DNA of 32,000 nt from Opitutales bacterium (GTDB taxonomy: Bacteria; Verrucomicrobiota; Verrucomicrobiia; Opitutales; PNEW01): contig CBDCNV010000001.1 of assembly GCA_965219535.1 (NCBI GenBank), positions 1,200,001 through 1,232,000 of the forward strand, given 5' to 3'. The first letter of the stretch is position 1. Each line of letters begins with the position of its first letter. The notes beneath the pieces are model-generated. The model had not been told where the DNA came from. It worked only from the letters and a program-made list of their open reading frames with translations, and did no database searches. This document shows, piece by piece, positions 7,437 to 14,928 of the stretch. The position numbers and the translations under genes were made by a program.

Positions 7437-7592
7437 GTCAAAAAGTCAAAAGGTCAAAAAGTCAAAATGTTTAAAGTACGGAAATAGAGTTTCGTGCTAC
7501 TATTGGACTTATCACTATGCAACCTCACCTGATTCAATTGATCAAACACGGGTCATTCCGATGACATCTTTTTGACCTTTTGACTTTTTGAC
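7437..7592. repeat. Foldback element: 24-bp perfect inverted repeat made of GTCAAAAN octamers, with a 108-nt spacer
   Basis: gtcaaaaagtcaaaaggtcaaaaa (7437-7460) is the exact reverse complement of 7569-7592. The left arm continues as a fourth octamer, gtcaaaat (7461-7468). Confidence 0.85.
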
Positions 7593-7593
7593 C

Positions 7594-8439
7594 CTAATCT
7601 ACAATATCTTTATAATAATGATCCCAGGGGTGGTAATAGGGGGTCTTTAAGAGGCGCGTTTTAATTTCGCTATCCGCGGTTCTTGTGCGTAGTTCCATGG
7701 ATGCTTCGCAACCCGGCCAACTCAACATGTACGATGGACCGTATTGATAGGACAGCCAATTGTGTGTTTCATTAATTGGCGATTTCATCGCGTGCGATAA
7801 ATTTTCGCTGAAGATTATCGCATCTCCGGCATTTAGAGCGATGTCTTTCAAGACAGGAACTGCTTCCAGGGGCACGTTGCTGTAGGGGTGGGAAAAATTA
7901 CTTTTATGACTGGCTGGAATCATGCAAAACGTTCCATTGCCATTCGCGCAATTATTAAGGGCAACGAGACAGGTTGTCATAAGGCAGCGAAATTCTCCTT
8001 CGACAAAACAGCGATACCTTGTATATCGCCTGGGATCAGCTTTTCCTCCTTGAGTAAGTGCTTCTATACTACCGGATTCTCTGATCAGTCCACGGGAAGC
8101 GACTAGCCTGACCTGGCTGCCCCAGATTATTTCTTCCATTGCCTGGAGCAGTCGCGTGAAAGTGATCGCATCCTCGATAATGCCACCGTTTTCAATGATG
8201 TTTAACAGCTCAAGTTCGGAATCTTTTTTATTGACCGTTATACTCGCGGGGGGATTTTCAACTGTATTCTGCAGCGCTTCGCGTGCTTCATTAACCTGGT
8301 CGGGCTTCAGGAAATTTTCTATTACCAGGTATCCCCTGACATCAAAAAAATGCCTCTCTTCATCTGAGAGATGACGTTCACCGGTTCCCGTCTGCAACTT
8401 ATTTGTTCGCTCTACTTTTTTCTTAGCTTTACTTTCCAT
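7594..8439 (-). CDS. PhyH (phytanoyl-CoA dioxygenase) family protein, divergent paralogue
   Basis: FFDVRGYLVIENFL N-terminal motif, CMIPASHKSNF, and distal LSHAMKSPIN. The position expected for HxD reads L-T-Q-G (8047-8055). Confidence 0.75.
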   Translation of the reverse strand: MESKAKKKVERTNKLQTGTGERHLSDEERHFFDVRGYLVIENFLKPDQVNEAREALQNTVENPPASITVNKKDSELELLNIIENGGIIEDAITFTRLLQAMEEIIWGSQVRLVASRGLIRESGSIEALTQGGKADPRRYTRYRCFVEGEFRCLMTTCLVALNNCANGNGTFCMIPASHKSNFSHPYSNVPLEAVPVLKDIALNAGDAIIFSENLSHAMKSPINETHNWLSYQYGPSYMLSWPGCEASMELRTRTADSEIKTRLLKTPYYHPWDHYYKDIVD

Positions 8440-8484
8440 CTGATTCAGTAATCGGGAGATGATTATAGTGTTTTTTAAAAAAGC

Positions 8485-9294
8485 TTATGCGATGGCAAAT
8501 GGCGAGGGTCCCTTTATTAATTCCAATTGCCTGGGAGTAGCTCTTTCCTCAAAAGCATCTGCGGTATCCACTAGTTTCCCCCAGGGGGTTTGAAATGCCG
8601 GCGCGTAAGATATGAACAGGGTGCGACGAGCCTTATTGCTTTGATTGATCGTTGCGCCATGGGTAAGATCTTCGGTGAATATCACCGCATCTCCAGCTTT
8701 ACACGGACAGGCTTTAATTAATGGGTGATTCTCATCGGGAACCTCCCCTCCAAAAGGATTATCAAAATTACTTTTATGGCTTCCCGGAATCACGGCAAAT
8801 GAACCTTCTTCAATCGAGACATCTCTCAGTGCGTAGGCAACTTTTACGCTTACGCACTTAAACTCCCCTTCATCAATCGCGAATTCACTATAAGATAAAA
8901 GCTCAGCATAACCATGATGTAAATTTGTGTGTCGCCCTTGATTGCGTGTCATAAACATATAACCATCAAGACGAAGAGGTTCGTTGATCATCGCGTCAAT
9001 ATAGGGTAGGATCCGCGGGCAATCAATTAATGCCTCAAAAGGTCCACCTATTCTTAAAATGTTACAGTCATAATCGCGCGGTCGATTGGGGTCATACTCT
9101 TCACTCCACCCACTTTTTTTATTATCGTGATATTTTCGGTCGAATCCCAATTGCGCCGCATCCGCATCACTAAGCGGTTCCAGCTTGTCAATTTCATCAT
9201 TCATTTGTTGCACCAAATCTTGCGGGATTACCCCTGGTATGAAAAGAAAACCCTGAAGGTCAAATAAGTATCTTTCTTCTGGTGTCATAATCAA
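8485..9294 (-). CDS. PhyH family Fe(II)/2-oxoglutarate-type oxygenase
   Basis: YLFDLQGFLFIPGVI, AVIPGSHKSNF, and LTHGATINQSNKARR (H...N...R). The position expected for HxD reads L-H-H-G (8911-8919). Confidence 0.8.
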   Translation of the reverse strand: MIMTPEERYLFDLQGFLFIPGVIPQDLVQQMNDEIDKLEPLSDADAAQLGFDRKYHDNKKSGWSEEYDPNRPRDYDCNILRIGGPFEALIDCPRILPYIDAMINEPLRLDGYMFMTRNQGRHTNLHHGYAELLSYSEFAIDEGEFKCVSVKVAYALRDVSIEEGSFAVIPGSHKSNFDNPFGGEVPDENHPLIKACPCKAGDAVIFTEDLTHGATINQSNKARRTLFISYAPAFQTPWGKLVDTADAFEERATPRQLELIKGPSPFAIA

Positions 9295-9388
9295 TCACTC
9301 CTTAATAGATTTACCTTTCGGTCTAATCAACAGTTCCGTTTCATTATTATTTAAAATATTATGGGAAGTGTAAAGTCTATCTGTTTAA

Positions 9389-10813
9389 TTGAAATCAGCT
9401 GCTTCTGATCATCATACCATTACTTTCTTATTTAGCTCCGTTGTGGCTGAAGATACCCCAAATACCAAAAACCCCCTGGAACCATCTAACCATACGCTTC
9501 CCTCTACGACGCGTGATTGGCACCGCCGAGTCTGGGTCCTAGCCGGTCCAATTATTCTCTCAAATCTGACGGTGCCACTCGTGGGAGCAGTCGATACTGC
9601 CGTAGTTGGACATTTACCTGATGCCGTCTATATGGGTGCCGTTGCGCTAGGGGCAATCGTGTTTAACTTCCTCTACTGGGGGTTTGGTTTTCTTCGTATG
9701 GGGACTTCGGGATTTATTGCCCAAGCTTATGGCGCGGGTGACGCTTCTGAAGTCCGCGTCGCTCTTGCCCGTGCTCTGCTAATCGCAGTTGTCATCGGTA
9801 TTTTCGTCATCGCGATGCAACTTCCCATCGCAAAACTGGCTTTCTCAGTCTTGGAGGGGAGTCGTCAACTCGAAGGCCTGGCGCAAAGCTATTTCGCGGT
9901 CCGTATCTGGAGCGCTCCCGCGGCCCTCGTGAATTTTGCTATCCTCGGCTGTCTCGTCGGCATACACAATACCCGCGCCGCTCTGGGGGTACAATTAACG
10001 CTTAATCTTTGCAACGTTGCTTTAGATCTTCTTTTTGTTTTGGGCTTTGGCTGGGGAGTCGAAGGAGTAGGTCTAGCATCATTGATCAGTGAGTACATTG
10101 CAGTTTTCGTAGGTCTTTGGATTATAAAACTCAATTTCGATCGCTTGGGCGGAAGTTGGAAGCCGCATGCCATTTTCGATCCCCGCAGCTTGAAAGCGCT
10201 CATTCATGTAAATGCCAATATCTTTATAAGAACTTTAGGCGTAATCTTCGCTTTTTTTTATTTCACCGCGATGAGCACCAAAATGGGAGAAGTTACCCTT
10301 GCGGCTAACGCGGTGCTTATGCATATGCAGCATTTTCTTGCCTTCGGACTCGATGGTTTTGCTTTTGCCGTCGAAGCCCTTGCCGGTAGTGCCTATGGGA
10401 TGCGCAGTCGATCCCAATTTAGGGCCGCGATTAAAGCAACTACCCTGTGGGCATTGTTCTTTGCCGGTATTTATACCATTATCTATGCGTTCTTCGGCAT
10501 ACATATCATCAATGCAATTACCGGGATCGAAAATGTTAGATTAAGAGCCACGGAATTTTTGCCGTGGTTGATTGTATCACCCTTAATCTCTGTCTGGAGC
10601 TATCAACTGGACGGAATATTTATTGCGTCGACGCGATCAGTGGAAATGAGAAACGGAATGCTTTTAGCAGTCGGCTCTTTTCTCGTTGCGGTATGGATAC
10701 TCGTGCCGATATGGGAGAACCACGGTCTTTGGCTTTCGCTAATCATCTTAATGATTGGAAGGGCTGTATTTTTAGCCGTCTATTATCCCCGAATTGAGAG
10801 AATTTTGGATTAA
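9389..10813 (+). CDS. MATE family efflux transporter (DinF-like)
   Basis: Polytopic hydrophobic protein of 474 aa with the N-terminal MATE signature LAGPIILSNLTVPLVGAVDTAVVGHL. The start is uncertain: the track uses the TTG at 9389, and an in-frame GTG at 9443 is also possible. Confidence 0.8.
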   Translation: MKSAASDHHTITFLFSSVVAEDTPNTKNPLEPSNHTLPSTTRDWHRRVWVLAGPIILSNLTVPLVGAVDTAVVGHLPDAVYMGAVALGAIVFNFLYWGFGFLRMGTSGFIAQAYGAGDASEVRVALARALLIAVVIGIFVIAMQLPIAKLAFSVLEGSRQLEGLAQSYFAVRIWSAPAALVNFAILGCLVGIHNTRAALGVQLTLNLCNVALDLLFVLGFGWGVEGVGLASLISEYIAVFVGLWIIKLNFDRLGGSWKPHAIFDPRSLKALIHVNANIFIRTLGVIFAFFYFTAMSTKMGEVTLAANAVLMHMQHFLAFGLDGFAFAVEALAGSAYGMRSRSQFRAAIKATTLWALFFAGIYTIIYAFFGIHIINAITGIENVRLRATEFLPWLIVSPLISVWSYQLDGIFIASTRSVEMRNGMLLAVGSFLVAVWILVPIWENHGLWLSLIILMIGRAVFLAVYYPRIERILD

Positions 10814-10822
10814 AGCTTAAAT

Positions 10823-10902
10823 CTGGAAAGCCGGAAAATCAGAAAACGGGAGGGAAAGAAAGCCAGAGAACTGGAAAGCCGGAAGGCTGGAGAACCGGAG
10901 AG
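10823..10902 (+). repeat. Purine-rich degenerate octamer array (10 units, YY+RRRRRR)
   Basis: The array reads ctggaaag ccggaaaa tcagaaaa cgggaggg aaagaaag ccagagaa ctggaaag ccggaagg ctggagaa ccggagag. The 14-mer ctggaaagccggaa occurs at both 10823 and 10871. The array starts 10 nt after the MATE stop codon. Confidence 0.8.
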
Positions 10903-10978
10903 GAAGCGTTATGTTGTAATCGGATTTTGAAGTCTTGCATTGATCGGATGAGTTCCACTATCTCTATTGCCAAGAATT

Positions 10979-12124
10979 ATGACTAATACAGCAGATATCG
11001 TTATTATTGGTGGTGGTGTTCATGGCGCCAGTCTGGCCTTTCACCTGGCGCGTGAAAAAGCGGGAAAGATCGTCCTTCTTGAGAAGAAACACATGGCTGC
11101 GGGCCCGACAGCAAAATCGAGTGCCATGATACGCCCCCTATTTAATGAGCTGGTTTATGTCCAATTGGTCAGTGAATCGACAAAATTGTTTGAACAATGG
11201 GGTGACTACGTTGGTGGTTCTGCGGGATTTGTGCAAAATGGGTTTCTCAGAATTACTGATTCTTTAGAAAATGACGTTTTGGCGGTGGATCTTGATCTCG
11301 CGAAAAGTCAGGGGGTAAATTTTAAGATTATTCCTAACGATGAATTGAAAAATTACGCCCCCAATGCACAGTTTGGTGAAAAGGAAATAGCAGTTTTATT
11401 TCCTGAAGGTGGCTATGCTGATCCTTATTTAACAACCTTATCATTCGCTGCTGCTGCTAAACGGTTGGGGGCTGAGATCATCGAAGGGGTAAGTGTTACA
11501 GGAATTAAAGTTTCTCAGGGTCGCATTGATGCGATTCAAACGGACGTGGGAGAAATCAGCACGCGCACCGTTATTAATTGCGCGGGGGCGTGGAGCGATC
11601 GCATCGCTGCCTATGCAGGTATTCAACTGCCCATTGAAGTTCATCGCATTCCCGTTTGTCTATTTCGTCGGCCTCTGGAAATGAATATTGAAAATCCCGT
11701 CTACTCCGATGGAACCCATGGTGTGTATTTGCGAAAAGCCGATGAGAATATATTCAGGTCCGGTCTATTCGGCTCAGAAAAAGATCCCGTGGATCCTGAC
11801 ACTTACGATGAAACCTTGAGTGAGGATCAGCTCCCCGTCTTTCGCAAACCTCTAGATCAGCGGTTTGCAGTCATGAGGAAAACTTATTTCACGGGCGGTT
11901 TTTCAGCGGTCTATGATATGTCTCCCGATGGACATCCGATTATCGGAAGGATACCAGAGGTGGATGGATTCTGGTGCGATTGCGGTTGGAGCGGAAACGG
12001 TTTTGCCAGCTCACCAGCTATCGGACGCAGTTTAGCGACCGAGATAATGGGGGGAAAAAGTGATATCGATATCTCCTATTTTAGCTGGCCGCGTTCGCAG
12101 GATGTAACAGACCGCAGGAGGTAA
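10979..12124 (+). CDS. FAD-dependent oxidoreductase (DAO / sarcosine-oxidase-beta-like family)
   Basis: N-terminal dinucleotide fold ADIVIIGGGVHGASLAFHLAR; about 380 aa. I prefer the ATG at 10979 over the TTG at 10967 used by the track. Confidence 0.8.
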   Translation: MTNTADIVIIGGGVHGASLAFHLAREKAGKIVLLEKKHMAAGPTAKSSAMIRPLFNELVYVQLVSESTKLFEQWGDYVGGSAGFVQNGFLRITDSLENDVLAVDLDLAKSQGVNFKIIPNDELKNYAPNAQFGEKEIAVLFPEGGYADPYLTTLSFAAAAKRLGAEIIEGVSVTGIKVSQGRIDAIQTDVGEISTRTVINCAGAWSDRIAAYAGIQLPIEVHRIPVCLFRRPLEMNIENPVYSDGTHGVYLRKADENIFRSGLFGSEKDPVDPDTYDETLSEDQLPVFRKPLDQRFAVMRKTYFTGGFSAVYDMSPDGHPIIGRIPEVDGFWCDCGWSGNGFASSPAIGRSLATEIMGGKSDIDISYFSWPRSQDVTDRRR

Positions 12125-12145
12125 ATTATCGTATATGATAATCGC

Positions 12146-12502
12146 TTAAGAAGACCTCGCCAATTGAGCCAACTTTTTTGTCGTGCGATCTAATCGTCCG
12201 GAAAGTGTTTTAAAAATCTCTGTGACCGTGTCGGGATTATTTTTAATGAATTCTTTTAAGTTGTAAGTCTTTACATGAATTATTTTTGACGGATCTTTCG
12301 CTCTCACCGTGCAAGTCCTCGGTTTGTTTAAAGTCCCTCCCATTTCGCCAAATAATGTACCAGGCTGTTGAAGTACACTGAGTAATACACCGTCTTTAAT
12401 TACCTCTACCTTTCCAGAATGGAGAATGTAGAATCCGTCAGCTTCTTCGCCTTGCGTGATAATCGCTTCCCCAGTGGGTATATTGAGAATTTCTTCCGTC
12501 AT
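12146..12502 (-). CDS. Stand-alone cyclic-nucleotide-binding domain protein
   Basis: 118 aa with GFYILHSGKVEV and FGEMGGTLNKPRTCTVRA, matching the cNMP-binding FGE...R(T/S)A signature. It has no output domain. Confidence 0.7.
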   Translation of the reverse strand: MTEEILNIPTGEAIITQGEEADGFYILHSGKVEVIKDGVLLSVLQQPGTLFGEMGGTLNKPRTCTVRAKDPSKIIHVKTYNLKEFIKNNPDTVTEIFKTLSGRLDRTTKKLAQLARSS

Positions 12503-12691
12503 GATATTTATTTATAAATAATAGGGTATTATACTTATAAAGTAATAGGAGTAAACCTCATATTTATCCCTACCCTCATTTTCACAGAGATTTTACTTAA
12601 TATTCTCAATAAATCTGCTAATCGATGGCTCGCATTTTTACGTCACGTCAGTTTTAAAGATTGGAGGGATACTTTTTGTGAGAAATGGAGG

Positions 12692-13477
12692 ATGAGAGAT
12701 AATAAGATGGAGGGAGTAAATTTTGATTTAACAGGGAAAGTGGCGATAATCACCGGAAGCGGTTCCGGGATCGGCCGATCCATAGCCCTGGGAATTTCTC
12801 AAGCCGGTGCTTCAGTTGTCGTCACCGAACTACCGGGTAAGGCTGAAGTAGCCGATGAGACAGCGGAAGCAGTTCGGAAAGAAGGGAGAGAGGCGATCAC
12901 CGTTGAGCTGGACGTGCGGAAAATAAAGAGCGTGGAGCAAATGGTGGAAAGAGCGGTAGAGAGTTTTGGTAGGATTGATATTCTCGTCAACAATGCCGGT
13001 GTCATCATCAGGAAAAAAGCGATCGAAACTTCGGAGGAAGAGTGGGACCGCGTGATGGACGTGAATTTAAAAGGGGTCTTTTTTACGAGTCAGTCTGTCG
13101 CCCGTGAAATGATAAAAAAGCGATCCGGGAAAATTATAAATATCTCCTCCATTAATGGTGTAATCGGATCTGATGAACGGGCATCATATACGGCAAGCAA
13201 AGCGGGAGTTATCAATTTAACCCGTACCCTGGCAGCGGAGTGGGCAGAATATGGAATCAATGTAAACGCAATTGGCCCCACCTATTTATTAACACCACTG
13301 ACAAAATCCTTATTTGAAAATGAGGACTTCAAGGAAAAATATTTTGAGCGTCAACCTATGCAACGCATCGGCCGGCCTGAGGATATTCTAGGTGCCGTTA
13401 TCTATCTCGCGAGTTCCGCTTCCGATCTGGTTACAGGCCATACGCTCATGGTAGACGGTGGTTGGACCGCGGTTTAA
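12692..13477 (+). CDS. Short-chain dehydrogenase/reductase (FabG/gluconate-5-dehydrogenase-like)
   Basis: ITGSGSGIGRS, NNAGV, YTASKAG and a C-terminal GHTLMVDGGWTA. The start could instead be the ATG at 12707. Confidence 0.85.
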   Translation: MRDNKMEGVNFDLTGKVAIITGSGSGIGRSIALGISQAGASVVVTELPGKAEVADETAEAVRKEGREAITVELDVRKIKSVEQMVERAVESFGRIDILVNNAGVIIRKKAIETSEEEWDRVMDVNLKGVFFTSQSVAREMIKKRSGKIINISSINGVIGSDERASYTASKAGVINLTRTLAAEWAEYGINVNAIGPTYLLTPLTKSLFENEDFKEKYFERQPMQRIGRPEDILGAVIYLASSASDLVTGHTLMVDGGWTAV

Positions 13478-13499
13478 GCATTGAGGCGTCAGCTTTACT

Positions 13500-13795
13500 A
13501 ATCTTCGTCTCTGATTGATTAAGAACTATTTTGCTATAAAGCTTGTGAAACTAGGTGGAGCGGGCTGTCCCTAGCACGCTTCTTAAATGACCACTACTTA
13601 AACGCGCTAGGGACAGCGCGTTCCACCTTAATATTGATTGTTCAATCTAACTTGGACGAAGACGATGAGCTCAGCCGAATCGCAGCCCGCTCCACCTTGA
13701 GCTACAATATTTATGAAGTATCAGGGCGTATCCTACAAGACGAAGATCTGTTACACTCTATCCTAAAGGTTCTTCAGCGTTATTACCAGGGGGTC
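13500..13795 (+). repeat. HEAD hairpin plus leader module, copy 2a (expanded by inserts)
   Basis: The 5' arm is aatcttcgtct (13500-13510), and the 3' motifs are ggacgaagacgatgag (13654) and gacgaagat (13739-13747). The loop carries a 23-bp hairpin, 13553-13575 / 13606-13628. Positions 13664-13753 recur at 14183-14272 with 4 substitutions. Confidence 0.7.
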
Positions 13796-14031
13796 TTTAA
13801 CTAAGCCCCGGAGGGGCGATATAGTCGTAGCCCACAGCGCAAGCTGTGGGTTTGGGGTTAAAAAAAACCAGAGCCCCATCGGGGCGACACAACTTCGCTT
13901 CCAACCGTAATTGTGTCGCCCCGATGGGGCTAATTCTTAATCTACATTAATATACCCACAGCTCACGCTGTGGGCTACGTTTGTTCCACCCCTCCAGGGT
14001 GTGTAACCTGATTCACTGTTTGCTTTCTATT
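13796..14031 (+). repeat. Nested-palindrome core element (REP/REPIN-like), copy 2
   Basis: Homologous to 1828-2066. It has GTAG+hairpin at 13827-13850 and an inverted twin hairpin at 13955-13974 followed by CTAC (13975-13978). There is a perfect 21-bp helix 13872-13892 / 13911-13931 with an 18-nt loop. Confidence 0.8.
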
Positions 14032-14272
14032 AATCTTCGTCTTCGTCCACGTCAGTCTCTTCGTCTGTTATAGAGATCCTATTATTTTATAAGGAATGGA
14101 GGGACGCATTCCATTGCGTCCGCTTTGAAATGATATTAAAGCCACGATCAGACGATGCCAAGGCTATGTCGGACAGGACTTCGATGAGCTCAACCGAATC
14201 GCAGCCCGCTCCACCTTGAGCTATAATATTTATGAAATATCAGGGCGTATCCTACAAGACGAAGAGCTGTTA
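14032..14272 (+). repeat. HEAD hairpin module, copy 2b (different loop insert, truncated 3')
   Basis: aatcttcgtcttcgtccacgtcagtctcttcgtctgttatag matches copy 1a. The loop insert contains the ggacgca-ttccat-tgcgtcc hairpin. The 3' part (14183-14272) repeats 13664-13753. Confidence 0.7.
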
Positions 14273-14369
14273 TCGGGTAAGCCATCCACTTCCCAATGGA
14301 AGGGTGGTTTGCTTAACGCAAAAACTCGCTCCTTGTCAGTGAGGGAGTATCGCCGCTTTATTAGTTCAC

Positions 14370-14747
14370 TTACTCCGCCTTGGAAGCAGCCTCAATTGAT
14401 TGAATGAGAATATCGCTATCCGTAATGGGCTTGGCGATATAACCGGAGAACCCGACACTTAAATAGTGTTCTTCATCATTCCCTAATTTCTGCGCGGTAA
14501 CAGCAATGACGGGGACCTTGTCATATTTAGAATAAATACGAATGTTTTCCAATATCTCATCCCCGGTCATCCCCGGTAAATTAATATCCATGAGAAATAC
14601 ATCGGGGACGATAGAATCCGGGTGGTCTAAATAATTAAACAGCTCGATAGCGTGGGTGAAAATTTTTATATCGTAAATGCCATTTAGCATATCGAGAACC
14701 AAATCAGCGTTGTCTTTATTATCTTCAACTAAAAAAACTTTTTTCAT
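14370..14747 (-). CDS. Single-domain response regulator (CheY-like receiver)
   Basis: 125 aa with VEDNKDN acidic residues, DVFLMDINLPGMTG (phospho-acceptor Asp) and GYIAKPI (conserved Lys-Pro). Confidence 0.85.
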   Translation of the reverse strand: MKKVFLVEDNKDNADLVLDMLNGIYDIKIFTHAIELFNYLDHPDSIVPDVFLMDINLPGMTGDEILENIRIYSKYDKVPVIAVTAQKLGNDEEHYLSVGFSGYIAKPITDSDILIQSIEAASKAE

Positions 14748-14928
14748 AAAGAATCTATAATAGTAAGGGGAAGACCATTAAATTTATCACCAGAAAATAT
14801 TTTCAGAGATTGAGCGTAATGCAATGTTGTCAGGATGAGGGGTCATTAACAAGCATCTTTTACTTGAATTTTTAATCTTCTATATGACAGGGAAGACGAA
14901 AAATAAAATTGTAATTCAATGCTGTTAA

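Noticed and set aside
12125-12142. attatc-gtatat-gataat hairpin between the convergent FAD oxidoreductase and cNMP genes
   Set aside because: It is a 6-bp A/T stem, and its stability is insufficient to support a bidirectional terminator call.
13681-13700. gcccgctccacct resembling a tRNA/tmRNA 3' end
   Set aside because: There is no acceptor-stem partner, no T-arm (GTTCRANYC) and no tag-peptide frame nearby. I found no tRNA-like cloverleaf anywhere in the window.
13654-13760. GAAGAC / CGTCTC type IIS restriction sites in the HEAD repeats, as a sign of an engineered (Golden-Gate-type) construct
   Set aside because: The motifs are part of diverged, indel-containing natural repeat copies scattered over 24 kb. 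No vector-like sequence or scar pattern is present.
14216-14407. 63-aa plus-strand ORF starting at a TTG inside the 90-nt direct repeat
   Set aside because: Its 5' third is repeat DNA. The sister copy at 13697 runs into a different, short tail. The 3' end overlaps the response-regulator gene on the opposite strand. The few substitutions between the copies are too few to argue for coding selection.
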